A stretch of DNA of 64,000 nt from Dehalococcoidia bacterium (GCA_009379925.1 WHSU01000012.1:16419-80418), one strand, 5' to 3'. Positions 1-9,960 are shown, numbered from the stretch's first letter. Program-made: numbers and translations. The notes: generated by a model not told the origin, from the letters alone.

Positions 1-4
1 GTAC

Positions 5-445
5 GTGGGGAGGCTCGACCAAGAGAGCGAGGGGCTGCTACTGCTCACGACGGACGGCGAGTTGGCGCACCGGCTGACGCATCCGCGGTACGGCATCGAG
101 AAGGTGTACGAGGCCACCATCGAGGGCACGCCCCTGGCCGCGACGTTGCAGACGCTGCGGCGTGGCGTGCCGCTGGAGGACGGCCCGACGGCGCCCGCTC
201 GGGTGACCGTGCTGGGCACGGAGCCCGGGCCGGGCGGCCGCGTCCGGTCGGTGGTACGTGTGGGGATCCACGAAGGCCGCAACCGGCAGGTGCGGCGGAT
301 GTTCGACGCGGTAGGACATCGGGTGCTGCGGCTGGTGCGCACAGAGGTCGGCCCGGTGCGGTTGGAAGGGCTGCCACGTGGCGGCTCGCGGGCCGTCGAC
401 GACCGAGAGCTCGCCGCGCTGCGTCAGGCCGTTGGCCTGGGCTGA
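5..445 (+). CDS. RluB/RsuA-family pseudouridine synthase, C-terminal part (N-terminus lies before the window)
   Basis: GRLDxxSEGLLLLTTDGELAHRLTHP catalytic motif typical of the RsuA/RluB family. The ORF runs from the window edge to TGA at 443-445. Confidence 0.8.
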   Translation: MGRLDQESEGLLLLTTDGELAHRLTHPRYGIEKVYEATIEGTPLAATLQTLRRGVPLEDGPTAPARVTVLGTEPGPGGRVRSVVRVGIHEGRNRQVRRMFDAVGHRVLRLVRTEVGPVRLEGLPRGGSRAVDDRELAALRQAVGLG

Positions 446-555
446 CGGCCTGACGCGTCCCCCGACAGCCGCGGTGGACGCCCAGATCGCGCCGTGTCTA
501 TGATCGTGCGACCGCGCACTCTGCCCGGAGGCCACCTATCTCCTCGAATGAGTCC

Positions 556-1239
556 ATCGCCCGCTCTGTCGCGATCGACGGCCCCATCGCATCCGGAAAG
601 AGCGTCGTTGGCCGCGTCCTGGCCGACCGGCTCGGCCTCGGCTTCTTCGATACCGGACTGATGTACCGCGCCTGCACGCTGGCCGTCCTGCGCTCGGACG
701 TGGACGCCGAGGACGCTCCGGCGGTGACCGACCTGGTGCGCGCACTCGACCTCGACATGCGCTGGCGCGACCCGACGACGCCTCGGCTGTTCCTGGGGGA
801 CGCAGACGTCACCGACGAACTGCGCAGCGCGGAGGTGGAGCACCACGTCTCGCTGGTCTCGCGCATCCCCGACGTGCGCGACGAACTGGTGCGGCGGCAG
901 CGCGCCATCGCCTCACGGGAGCCGGTGGTGATGGCCGGCCGTGACATCGGCACGCGTGTGCTGGTGGAGGCGCGGACGAAGGTGTTCCTGGACGCCTCCA
1001 CGGAGACGCGCGCGCGGCGGCGCCTGGGCGAAGAGCTGGATGCGGGACGAGACAGCACGTTCGAGAGCGTCCTGACGGAGACGCGACGCCGCGACGAGAT
1101 GGACAACACCGGACACCGCGCCCTTCGCCGCGAGCAGGCCGCCCCCGACGCCGTGGTCATCGACACCGACGCGCTGGGCATCGATGGCGTCGTGCAGCGG
1201 TGCGTCGAGGTGTACGAAGCGGCGAACGCGACGGCGTAG
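556..1239 (+). CDS. cmk: Cytidylate kinase; 5' end unresolved (no canonical in-frame start upstream of the P-loop)
   Basis: P-loop VAIDGPIASGKS at 568-603 followed by Cmk-like sequence to the stop at 1239. In this frame there is no ATG/GTG/TTG between the upstream stop (451-453) and the P-loop. An ATG at 548 with MSPSP... lies in the adjacent frame. Confidence 0.75.
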   Translation: MARSVAIDGPIASGKSVVGRVLADRLGLGFFDTGLMYRACTLAVLRSDVDAEDAPAVTDLVRALDLDMRWRDPTTPRLFLGDADVTDELRSAEVEHHVSLVSRIPDVRDELVRRQRAIASREPVVMAGRDIGTRVLVEARTKVFLDASTETRARRRLGEELDAGRDSTFESVLTETRRRDEMDNTGHRALRREQAAPDAVVIDTDALGIDGVVQRCVEVYEAANATA

Positions 1240-1251
1240 GAGGCCGCCCCG

Positions 1252-1992
1252 ATGCTGCCCGCCTTCCGCAGCCGCATTGCCCGCTGGAACTACTACCTGG
1301 TTACCCGGCTCACGCGTGCGGTGGTGTTCACCTTCGGCCGCTGGGAGGTCGTGGGCGCCGACCGCATCCCGGACGAGGGCGCCGTCGTCCTGATCGCCAA
1401 CCACATGCACCTGCTGGACCCGCCGCTGGTGGCCGCCTCGATGCGCCGCCGGCTGCACCCGATGGCGAAGCGCGAGTTGTTCGAGACGCCGCTGGTGGGC
1501 TGGTGGTTCTGGCTCTACGGGGCGTTTCCGGTGCGACGGTTCTCGGGCGACCTGGGCGCGATGCGCGTCGCGCGGAACTACCTGCGCAGCGGCGAGGTCG
1601 TGCTGATGTTCCCGGAGGGGACGCGCTCGCACGGCCGGGGGATGCGGCCGGCGCTGCCGGGCGCTGCCATGGTGGCGATGCTCGCGCAGGCGCCGGTGGT
1701 GCCCGTGGGCATCACGGGCACCGACACGATCCGACTGCCCGGTGTCTTCTTCCGCTGGATCCGGAGGGACCGCCCGCACCTCCGGGTGGAGTTCGGCGAC
1801 CCGATCGAGGTTGGCGCCGCCGGTTCGGACGCCAAGTCCGCGGAGGCGGCGACGGACAACATCATGCGCCACGTGGCCGAGCTGCTCCCTGAGCAGCACC
1901 GAGGCGCCTACGGAGCAGACAGCGCGGGTACCATCGTGGTAGCGCGGCAAGCAAGGGATCGCGAGCGGGGCAGTAGCGAACAGGACGTATGA
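1252..1992 (+). CDS. plsC: 1-acyl-sn-glycerol-3-phosphate acyltransferase
   Basis: H(X4)D motif NHMHLLD and the FPEGTRS motif. 246 aa. Confidence 0.85.
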   Translation: MLPAFRSRIARWNYYLVTRLTRAVVFTFGRWEVVGADRIPDEGAVVLIANHMHLLDPPLVAASMRRRLHPMAKRELFETPLVGWWFWLYGAFPVRRFSGDLGAMRVARNYLRSGEVVLMFPEGTRSHGRGMRPALPGAAMVAMLAQAPVVPVGITGTDTIRLPGVFFRWIRRDRPHLRVEFGDPIEVGAAGSDAKSAEAATDNIMRHVAELLPEQHRGAYGADSAGTIVVARQARDRERGSSEQDV

Positions 1993-3837
1993 ATGTGCGG
2001 CATCGTCGGATACACAGGCCACCGCCCAGCCGGCCCCATCGTCATCGAGGGCCTGAGACGCCTCGAGTACCGGGGCTACGATTCCGCCGGCGTCGCGCTC
2101 TTCGATGAGCGCGGCGAGCTGTACATCGCGCGGGCGACGGGCAAACTGGACGCGCTGGTGCAGCGCGTCGAGGGGACGCTGCCTCCGGCCGTGTGCGGTA
2201 TCGGCCACACGCGCTGGGCCACGCACGGCGAGCCCAACGACGCGAACGCGCACCCGCAACTGGACCCGCTGGGCCGCGTCGCCATCGTCCACAACGGCAT
2301 CATCGAGAACTACGACGTGCTGCGGAAGGAGGTCGCCGAGCGGGGCGGGCTGTTCAGCTCCGAGACGGACACCGAGGTGGTCGCGCACCTGCTGGCGGAG
2401 CACGTGGCGCGCGGCATCGACCTGCTGGAGGCGCTGCGCCTGGTGGTGGCCGGCGCGCAGGGCGCCTACTCCCTGGTGGCCGTCAGTGTGGACGAGCCCG
2501 GGCGCATCGTGGCGGCGCGCGTGGGAAATGCGGGCGGGATCGTGATCGGCCACGGCGACGGCGAGCACCTGGTCGCGTCCGACCTCGGCGCCCTGCTGCC
2601 GCACACGCGGCGGGTGTCGTTCCTGGAGCCCGGCGAGTTCGTGGACGTCCGCCGGGACGCCGTCGCCTACCTCGATGCCGAGGGGCAACCCCTCGAAAAG
2701 GCCGTTGAGGAGCAGCCATTCGACGCGGTGGCGACGGCCAAGGGCGGCTACAAGCACTTCATGCTGAAGGAGGTCCACGAGCAGCCGGTGACGGTGCTGG
2801 ACGCGATGCGCGGCCGGTACCTGCTGCACCCGGCCCGCGTGGAGATGGACGGCCTGCCGTTCACGGTGGAGCAGGTGCGCGCGCTGACGCGGGTGGTGAT
2901 CGTCGGCATGGGCACCTCGATGCACGCGGCGATGGTCGGCCGCCACTACATCGAGCGCTTCGCGCGCATCCCCGCGGAGGTCGACAACTCGGCCGAGTTC
3001 CGATACCGCTACCCCGTGCTGGACGAGCACACGCTGGTGATCTCGATCTCACAGGCGGGCGAGACAGTGGACACCCTGGCGGCGATGGACGAGGCGAAGC
3101 GGGCCGGGTGCCCGCAGGTGACCATCTGCAACACGCCCGGCGCGCAGACGACGCGCGTGGCGGACGGCACCGTTTTCATGCGCAGCGGCCCCGAGGTCGC
3201 GGTGGCGAGCACCAAGACGATGTCCGCTTCCATGTTGCTGCTGCACGGCATCGCGCTGCATCTCGGACGGATGCGCGGCACGCTGGACCCGGAGGTCGAG
3301 GCGCGCCAGGTGACGGCAGCGCTGCACCTGCCGGTCGCCATCGGTGAGGCGCTCGAGATGGCGCCGCACCTCCAGCGGATCGCGGGCCGCTACGCGCAGT
3401 GCGAGGACTTCCTCTTCCTCGGCCGCGGCCTCGGCTACCCGATGGCCCTCGAAGGCGCGCTGAAGTTGAAGGAAGTCAGCTACATCCACGCGGAGGGCTA
3501 TGCCGCCGGCGAGATGAAGCATGGCCCGATTGCCCTGATCGACGAATCGATGCCGACGGTGGCGCTGGCGCCTCGCGACGAGGTGTTCGACAAGATGCGC
3601 TCGAACATCCAGCAGGTGCGCGCCCGGCACGGCGCGGTGATCGCGGTCGTCTCGAAGGACGAACACGCGCTGGATGACCTGGCGAACGACCTCATCGAGC
3701 TGCCGGCAGTGGACGCGGCGCTCGTCCCGCTGGTGGCGGTGGTCCCGATGCAATTGCTGTCGTACTACATCGCGCTGGTGCGCGGCGCGGACGTGGACCA
3801 GCCACGCAACCTGGCAAAGACGGTGACAGTGGAGTAG
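1993..3837 (+). CDS. glmS: Glutamine--fructose-6-phosphate aminotransferase
   Basis: N-terminal MCGIVGY with the class II amidotransferase Cys2, followed by SIS domains. 614 aa. Starts immediately after the plsC stop. Confidence 0.95.
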   Translation: MCGIVGYTGHRPAGPIVIEGLRRLEYRGYDSAGVALFDERGELYIARATGKLDALVQRVEGTLPPAVCGIGHTRWATHGEPNDANAHPQLDPLGRVAIVHNGIIENYDVLRKEVAERGGLFSSETDTEVVAHLLAEHVARGIDLLEALRLVVAGAQGAYSLVAVSVDEPGRIVAARVGNAGGIVIGHGDGEHLVASDLGALLPHTRRVSFLEPGEFVDVRRDAVAYLDAEGQPLEKAVEEQPFDAVATAKGGYKHFMLKEVHEQPVTVLDAMRGRYLLHPARVEMDGLPFTVEQVRALTRVVIVGMGTSMHAAMVGRHYIERFARIPAEVDNSAEFRYRYPVLDEHTLVISISQAGETVDTLAAMDEAKRAGCPQVTICNTPGAQTTRVADGTVFMRSGPEVAVASTKTMSASMLLLHGIALHLGRMRGTLDPEVEARQVTAALHLPVAIGEALEMAPHLQRIAGRYAQCEDFLFLGRGLGYPMALEGALKLKEVSYIHAEGYAAGEMKHGPIALIDESMPTVALAPRDEVFDKMRSNIQQVRARHGAVIAVVSKDEHALDDLANDLIELPAVDAALVPLVAVVPMQLLSYYIALVRGADVDQPRNLAKTVTVE

Positions 3838-3860
3838 GGCCCCCGGCCTCACCCCCCGGC

Positions 3861-3887
3861 CCCCTCTCCACATCACGTGGAGAGGGG
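3861..3887. terminator. Hairpin between convergent glmS and ppdK (possible bidirectional terminator)
   Basis: CCCCTCTCCAC-atcac-GTGGAGAGGGG, a perfect 11-bp stem. No clear U-tract. Confidence 0.45.
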
Positions 3888-3907
3888 AGTCGGAAGCAGG
3901 AGGTTCT

Positions 3908-6649
3908 CTACTCCGCCCGGCTGATCTCGGACTCGCCCAGCGCCGCCTGCGCGGCCGCCAGGCGGGCGATCGGGACGCGGTAGGGCGAGCAGGAGACGTA
4001 GTCGAAGCCCTCGGCGTGGCAGAAGGCGACTGAGGGCGGGTTGCCGCCGTGCTCGCCGCAGATCCCGACCTTCAGGTCCGGCTTGGTCGCCCGCCCGCGC
4101 TCGATGCCGAGGCGGATGAGGGCGCCCACTCCCTCGCGGTCCAGTTCGACGAACGGGTCGCGTGAGAGCACGCCCTGGCGCAGGTAGGCGGGCATGAAGC
4201 GCCCGGCGTCGTCGCGTGAGAGGCCAAACGTGGTCTGTGTGAGGTCGTTGGTGCCGAATGAGAAGAAGTCGGCGTGCTGCGCGATCCTGTCGGCGACCAT
4301 GCAGGCGCGAGGCAGCTCGATCATCGTGCCCACGCTGTAGCTACACTTCGCGCCCCGCTCTTCGAGCACGCGCTCGGCGATGGTCAGCGTCTGCTCGCGC
4401 AGGCGCTCCAGCTCCGCCTCCACTCCCACGAGGGGGATCATGATCTCCGGGGACGTCTCGATGCCCTCCGCCTGAAGGTCGCACGACGCCTCGATGATGG
4501 CGCGCACCTGTACCTCGTAGATCTCGGGGTAGGTGACTGCCAGGCGTACTCCGCGGTGCCCGAGCATCGGGTTGAACTCACGCAGGCCCTCGACGCGGCG
4601 CTCGACATCGGCGACCCGCATCTCGAGGGTGCGCGCGAGGTCCGCGATCTCCTCGATGGTGTGGGGTAGGAACTCGTGCAGCGGGGGGTCGAGCAGGCGG
4701 ATGGTGACCGGAAGGCCGGCCATCGCGCGGAGGATGCCCGTGAAGTCCTCCCGCTGCATGGGGAGGATCTTTTCCAGCGCGGCACGGCGCTCATCCTCGG
4801 TGGTCGCGAGGATCATCTGGCGCACGGCCAGGATGCGGTCTGGGCCGAAGAACATGTGCTCCGTGCGGGTCAGTCCGATGCCCTCCGCGCCGAACGCGCG
4901 TGCCCGCTCGGCGTCCTCCGGGGTGTCGGCGTTCGCGCGCACCTTCAGGGTGCGGCGCTCGTCCACCCACGCCATCAGCCGGTCGTACTCCGGCGGGAAG
5001 ACCGCGTCGGCAAGCGGCAGCGCGCCCAGCATCACCTCGCCCGAGGAGCCGTCGACGGAAATCGTGTCACCCTCGTTGACCACGACCTCGCGGCCGTCGG
5101 GCGCGACCGTGAAGCGCCGGTTGCGGTAGTCGATGGCGAGGTCTGAGCAACCGGTGACGCAGCACTTGCCCATGCCGCGCGCCACCACGGCGGCGTGCGA
5201 GGTCATGCCGCCGCGCGCCGTGAGGATGGCGCGCGACTCCTTCATCCCCTCGATGTCTTCCGGGCTCGTCTCGTCGCGGACAAGGATGACGTCGACGCCG
5301 CGCTTCGCCCAGTCGACGGCGTCCGCGGGCGTGAAGACGACGCGCCCGACGGCAGCGCCGGGCGAGGCGGCGAGGCCTGTGGCGATCACCTCGCGTTCGG
5401 CGGTCGGCTGGAAGATCGGGTGCAGCAGCTCGTCGAGTTGATCCGGGTCGACACGCCTGAGCGCCTCATCCTGCTCGATGAGGCCCTCGTCCACCATGTC
5501 CACGGCGATCTTCACCATGGCGCGGCCGGAGCGCTTGCCGGAGCGGGTCTGCAGGATCCAGAGCTTTCCCTGCTGGATGGTGAACTCGATGTCCTGCATG
5601 TCCTTGTAGTGCGCTTCCAGACGGTCGCACGCGTCGGCCAGCTCGCGGTACGACTCGGGCATGGCGCGCTCGAGTGAGGGGAGCGGGCTGTCGTTGCGGT
5701 CCACCTCGAGGATCGGCTGGGGCGTGCGCGTCCCGGCGACCACGTCCTCGCCCTGCGCGTTCACCAGGAACTCGCCGAAGATGTGCCGGTCACCCAGCGA
5801 GGGGTGCCGCGTGAAGAGCACGCCAGTCGCGCAGTCGTCGCCCTGGTTGCCGAAGACCATGGCCTGCACGTTGACGGCGGTGCCCCAGTCGCCCGGGTAG
5901 CCGTGCATTTCGCGGTAGACGACGGCCCGAGGCGTTTCCCAGGAGTCGAAGACGGCGGCGATGGCGCCCCACAGCTGGTCCCACGGGTCCTCCGGGAACT
6001 CCACGCCGATGCGTTCGCGGATCAGCGCCTTGTACTCGCCCACCAGCTCCTCGAGTGCGTCCGCGTCGAGGTCGGTGTCCGCGGCCGCGCCGTACTGCTC
6101 CTTCTTGGCGGTGAGCAGGGCCTCGAAGGGGTCGTGGTCCAGTTCGGTGGCGCGCGCGACGCCGAGCACCACGTCGCCGTACATCTGCACGAAACGGCGG
6201 TACGAGTCGAAGGCGAAGCGACGGTTGTCCGAGCGGCGCGCCAGGCCCTCGACGGTGGTGTCGTTGAGACCGAGGTTGAGGATGGTGTCCATCATGCCGG
6301 GCATGGAGACCCGCGCGCCGGAGCGAACGGAGACGAGCAGCGGGTTCTCAGGGTCGCCGAACCGGGCGCCCACGATGGCCTCGATGTGGGCGATGCCGGC
6401 GCGGACCTGCTCGTCCAGCTGGTCGGGGTAGCGACGGCCGAGCTGGTAGAAGGCGTTGCAGACCTCGGTGGTAATGGTGATCCCGGGGGGCACCGGGATG
6501 CCGAGGCCGCTCATCTCGGCCAGGCCGGCGCCCTTGCCGCCGAGCAGGTCGCGCAGGGCGCCGTCGCCGTCGGCGCGGCCATCACCAAAGCGGTAGACGA
6601 GCTGATCCGAGAGCACGGGGGGTTCCGGCTTCCTCGATACAGTCGTCAT
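3908..6649 (-). CDS. ppdK: Pyruvate, phosphate dikinase
   Basis: PEP-utilising His motif GGMTSHAAVVARGMGKCCV and C-terminal TIM-barrel motifs. Start reassigned to MTTVSRK (ATG at 6647-6649, RBS GGAAAGG upstream). The track ORF is extended to 6772 by high-GC read-through. Confidence 0.9.
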   Translation of the reverse strand: MTTVSRKPEPPVLSDQLVYRFGDGRADGDGALRDLLGGKGAGLAEMSGLGIPVPPGITITTEVCNAFYQLGRRYPDQLDEQVRAGIAHIEAIVGARFGDPENPLLVSVRSGARVSMPGMMDTILNLGLNDTTVEGLARRSDNRRFAFDSYRRFVQMYGDVVLGVARATELDHDPFEALLTAKKEQYGAAADTDLDADALEELVGEYKALIRERIGVEFPEDPWDQLWGAIAAVFDSWETPRAVVYREMHGYPGDWGTAVNVQAMVFGNQGDDCATGVLFTRHPSLGDRHIFGEFLVNAQGEDVVAGTRTPQPILEVDRNDSPLPSLERAMPESYRELADACDRLEAHYKDMQDIEFTIQQGKLWILQTRSGKRSGRAMVKIAVDMVDEGLIEQDEALRRVDPDQLDELLHPIFQPTAEREVIATGLAASPGAAVGRVVFTPADAVDWAKRGVDVILVRDETSPEDIEGMKESRAILTARGGMTSHAAVVARGMGKCCVTGCSDLAIDYRNRRFTVAPDGREVVVNEGDTISVDGSSGEVMLGALPLADAVFPPEYDRLMAWVDERRTLKVRANADTPEDAERARAFGAEGIGLTRTEHMFFGPDRILAVRQMILATTEDERRAALEKILPMQREDFTGILRAMAGLPVTIRLLDPPLHEFLPHTIEEIADLARTLEMRVADVERRVEGLREFNPMLGHRGVRLAVTYPEIYEVQVRAIIEASCDLQAEGIETSPEIMIPLVGVEAELERLREQTLTIAERVLEERGAKCSYSVGTMIELPRACMVADRIAQHADFFSFGTNDLTQTTFGLSRDDAGRFMPAYLRQGVLSRDPFVELDREGVGALIRLGIERGRATKPDLKVGICGEHGGNPPSVAFCHAEGFDYVSCSPYRVPIARLAAAQAALGESEISRAE

Positions 6650-6866
6650 CGGGGCACCTTTCCTGCGGGAAATGCACGAACGGCGGGCCGGCAAGAGCCG
6701 GCTCGCGCGGGACAGCGGTACGTGGGGAGTATCGTCGCGCCGCACCGCCGCATTCGGCCGGCACGCCTTCATGCTCGCCGTGGTGCGATTATACGGGGCG
6801 CCGCTGTTCCAGCGAAGTGATCATCGGCATAGACAGGTTGACGAGAATGCGCCACACTGGACCCTG

Positions 6867-7955
6867 ATGCAAGCATGGGCGGACCCACGGACACCACCGA
6901 TGCACGGACCGAACGGACCGGGAGCCTCTGCCCTGACCGCGCTACGCGCGACGCTCGAGGCGCGCGAGGCCGCGCTCTCCCCGCTCGCGGCGCGTGAGAA
7001 CACGTCCGCCGGGCGCGAGCGGCCCGAGGCGCCAGACCCGCTGCGGCTGGCGTACCAGGTCGACCGTGACCGCATCGTGCACACGCGGGCGTTCCGGCGG
7101 CTGAAGCACAAGACGCAGGTGTTCATCGCGCCCGACTCGGACCACGTGGTGACGCGCATGACCCACACCATCGAGGTGCAGCAAGTGGCGCGGACGATCG
7201 CCCGTGCCCTCAACCTGAACGAGGACCTGGCGGAGGCCGCCGGAGTCGGCCATGACCTGGGCCACACGCCGTTCGGCCACGCGGGGGAGGAGCGGCTGGG
7301 CGAGCTGCTGCCGGACGGGTTCCGGCACAACGAGCAGTCGCTGCGCATCGTGGAGCGGCTGGAGAACGACGGCGCGGGACTCAACCTGATGCCGGAGACG
7401 CGAGAGGCGATCCTGAAGCACTCGAAGGAACGCGCCTCCGTGGCGGCTGAGGCATGGGGGACGGCCAGCACGCTGGAGGGCCGGATCGTGAAGCTGGCGG
7501 ACTCGATCGCCTACCTGAACCACGACATCCAGGACGCGATCCGCGCCGGCCTGATCGAAGTCGACGCGCTCCCCTCGATGGCGCTCGGACGGCTCGGACG
7601 CACGCACACCGAACGCATCGGTGCGCTGGTGACGGACTGCGTGGTCACCTCGCACGCCACGTTCGAGGGGGCGCAGCCGCGGATCGCGCTGAGCGAGCCG
7701 GTGCTGGAGGCGACGGACGCGTTGCGGGAGTTCATGTTCGACCGGGTGTACCACCACCCGTCCACGCTGGAAGCCGCCGCGCGCGGTCAGCGCGTGGTGG
7801 AGGTGCTGTTCCAGTACTACGAGGCTCATCCCGACGACATCCCCGGGTGGTCGCTCCCCGACGACCCGCCCTGGCGGCGGGCAGCCGACTACGTCTCGGG
7901 CATGACGGATGGCTTCGCGGCCAGGCGGGCGAGGGCGTTGCGCTTGCCCGACTGA
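6867..7955 (+). CDS. dgt: dGTP triphosphohydrolase-like HD-domain protein
   Basis: DRDRIVHTRAFRRLKHKTQVF and HD motif (HTIEV...GHDLGHTPFGH). dgt near dnaG is conserved actinobacterial synteny. Exact start uncertain (6867 ATG chosen; the track start at 6672 would abut divergent ppdK). Confidence 0.8.
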   Translation: MQAWADPRTPPMHGPNGPGASALTALRATLEAREAALSPLAARENTSAGRERPEAPDPLRLAYQVDRDRIVHTRAFRRLKHKTQVFIAPDSDHVVTRMTHTIEVQQVARTIARALNLNEDLAEAAGVGHDLGHTPFGHAGEERLGELLPDGFRHNEQSLRIVERLENDGAGLNLMPETREAILKHSKERASVAAEAWGTASTLEGRIVKLADSIAYLNHDIQDAIRAGLIEVDALPSMALGRLGRTHTERIGALVTDCVVTSHATFEGAQPRIALSEPVLEATDALREFMFDRVYHHPSTLEAAARGQRVVEVLFQYYEAHPDDIPGWSLPDDPPWRRAADYVSGMTDGFAARRARALRLPD

Positions 7956-7970
7956 TCGCGACGCAGGGGG

Positions 7971-8828
7971 ATGTCCATGACGGTGGGGAGCGCTGTTAGA
8001 ATGCTCACGGAGCGCGGCCGCGGGCGGGGTAGAAGCCCCGGGGCAGTCCTGACGAAACACCTGACGAGACGGCACTTCCGGCCGCCCACCGTGGCCGGCT
8101 TCGCCATCGTGCTGCTGGCCGCTGGCATCCTCTCGATGATCGCGCTCTTCGACGGCACCGAGGCAAGCGGCGACGCCACGGCGGCCACGCCGTCGGCGAC
8201 GGCGGGCGCGCCCCCGCCGGGCATCGGCGTGCGCGTAGTGCTGACCACGAACGTGCGCGCGGGCATCGGCGGGCAGGGCGACGTGCTGGCGATCATCCCC
8301 GGCGACCGCACGGTCGAGGTGAACGGCCGCACGGAGGACGCCGCGTGGATCCAGGTGACGTACCCACCAGACTCGAACCTGCGTGGATGGGTGCCCGCTC
8401 GGAACACCGTCCGCGCCTGGGGGGACGTCGCGGACGCCGGTATCCTCTCGGTGGCGGCGCCGGCGGGCAGCGAGGAGGACCCCGGCGCCGAGGAGCAGCA
8501 GCCGGACTCGGAACTGCCCGACCTGGCGATCACGGACGCCTTCGTACAGCCAGGCGGCAGCCTGACGGTCCGCATCGAGAACGTGGGGCAGGGGCAGTTC
8601 GACGGGACCGTGGGGCTGCACGTGCTGCGCGCCGAAGGGGACATCGTGGGCGTGCTCGACATCCAGCGCACGCTGCTGGAACCGGGCCGCAGCGCCACGG
8701 TGGACACGCGCGTGGCCATCGAGGAGACCGGCAGCTACGTGATCGAGCTCGACCGTCGCGACGAGGTCGAGGAGTCGAACGAGTTCAACAACACGTACCG
8801 CGTGGTGCTCGTCCCGAGCGGCGGCTAA
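7971..8828 (+). CDS. Membrane-anchored protein with SH3b-like and CARDB-like domains
   Basis: N-terminal TM helix (VAGFAIVLLAAGILSMIALF), SH3b-like segment (RAGIGGQGDVLAIIPGDRTVEVNGRTEDAAWIQV), CARDB-like C-terminus (PDLAITDAFVQPGGSLTVRIENVGQGQ). Strong GC3 bias. Confidence 0.6.
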   Translation: MSMTVGSAVRMLTERGRGRGRSPGAVLTKHLTRRHFRPPTVAGFAIVLLAAGILSMIALFDGTEASGDATAATPSATAGAPPPGIGVRVVLTTNVRAGIGGQGDVLAIIPGDRTVEVNGRTEDAAWIQVTYPPDSNLRGWVPARNTVRAWGDVADAGILSVAAPAGSEEDPGAEEQQPDSELPDLAITDAFVQPGGSLTVRIENVGQGQFDGTVGLHVLRAEGDIVGVLDIQRTLLEPGRSATVDTRVAIEETGSYVIELDRRDEVEESNEFNNTYRVVLVPSGG

Positions 8829-8829
8829 C

Positions 8830-9960
8830 GTGCGCGACCCCGGCGGTCCGGGCCGCCCGCTGCCCCCACCGCCTCCTCCGCCGTCCGATGACCGGCGCGC
8901 CGCGCGCCCGATGCTCTGGGTTGCCGCCGCCATGCTCGTCGTGGTCATCGGCACGCTGACGGCCATCGTGGTCGTCGTGCTGTTCGGCAACGAGGACGGT
9001 GACGCGGACGACACGACGCCGGCGCCGACGGCCACCGCCGCGGCGGGCGGCGGGCCGAGGCTCACGCGCGACATCGAGCTGCGGTCGGCAGCGGCGAGGG
9101 ACTCGGCCATCGTCACACGCATGGCCGCCGGGGACGAACTGCACGTCGTGGGCCGCTCGGCGGACTCATCGTGGCTCCTCGTCGGCCCACCCGAGCGCGG
9201 CGACGTGACCGGCTGGGTGCCTGTCGATGCCGTCGACGGCGCGGAGGACGTCGCCGCGCTGGCCGTCGTCGAGGGGCTGGCCGGGGCGACCTCGACGCCC
9301 GAGCCGGCGGTCACGCCGTCGGAGACCGCGTCACCCGCGCCGACGTTCACACCGGACCTGCCGGACCTCATCGTCGAGTCGATCGAGTCGCGCGACAACC
9401 AGCTGACCATCGTCGTGCGCAACGTCGGGATCGCGGATGCCACGGCCGACCTGTTCCTGAGCATCAATGACGGCGACCCGCGGCCCATCGACGTCAAGCC
9501 GGGCGAGCCGCTGCGCCCCGGCGACGCCGTGGAGATGGTGCTGGCAGAGGAGTACGTGCAACGCCGCGCGACCGTGCAGGCGACCGTGCTGACCGACCCG
9601 CCGATCGACGAGGAGCAGAGCGAGAACAACACGCTGGAGGATGTCGTCACGCCGGACCTACCGAATGACCTGGAGATCGTCGATGCTCGGCTGGACGGGA
9701 CCGCGCGGTGGCTAGTGGTGACGCTGCGCAACAACAGCCCGATCCCGATCCGCGGCCCGGTGACGGTGCGGGTGCGGGAGTCCCCGCCAGGTATTGCCCT
9801 GCTCGGAACGGAAACCGTGGTCGTGATGCTCGAACCTGACGAGACGGTGGATGTGCCGTTCGACACCGTCATGGATGTCGACCTGACCCGCATCGAGGTG
9901 CGGCTCGCCACCGACTCCATCAACGACGCGGTGCTCGCGAACGACCGCTACCCGCGATGA
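8830..9960 (+). CDS. Paralogous membrane-anchored SH3b + two CARDB-like domain protein
   Basis: TM helix (MLWVAAAMLVVVIGTLTAIVVVVLF), SH3b-like region, then two CARDB-like repeats (PDLIVESIES...VRNVGIADA; LEIVDARLDG...LRNNSPIP). Starts 2 bp after the previous gene. Confidence 0.6.
   Translation: MRDPGGPGRPLPPPPPPPSDDRRAARPMLWVAAAMLVVVIGTLTAIVVVVLFGNEDGDADDTTPAPTATAAAGGGPRLTRDIELRSAAARDSAIVTRMAAGDELHVVGRSADSSWLLVGPPERGDVTGWVPVDAVDGAEDVAALAVVEGLAGATSTPEPAVTPSETASPAPTFTPDLPDLIVESIESRDNQLTIVVRNVGIADATADLFLSINDGDPRPIDVKPGEPLRPGDAVEMVLAEEYVQRRATVQATVLTDPPIDEEQSENNTLEDVVTPDLPNDLEIVDARLDGTARWLVVTLRNNSPIPIRGPVTVRVRESPPGIALLGTETVVVMLEPDETVDVPFDTVMDVDLTRIEVRLATDSINDAVLANDRYPR

Noticed and set aside
1900-1995. 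glmS ribozyme upstream of glmS
   Set aside because: The plsC stop abuts the glmS start, leaving no leader. This riboswitch is in any case a Firmicutes feature.
913-3030. 705-aa ORF on the minus strand
   Set aside because: Antisense to plsC and glmS, which have clear homology. The R/A/G/P-rich low-complexity translation is typical of spurious ORFs in high-GC DNA.
6672-6866. Longer 5' extensions of track ORFs (e.g. dgt from 6672, ppdK to 6772, hisF to 59552, rnhB to 48035, uvrA from 29964)
   Set aside because: High GC suppresses stop codons. The extensions are R/P/G-rich, would overlap divergent neighbours, and conserved N-termini with RBSs occur internally.
6942-9923. 993-aa S/T/R-rich ORF on the minus strand
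   Set aside because: Antisense to dgt and the SH3b/CARDB genes. The composition is non-protein-like. GC3 bias supports the plus-strand genes.
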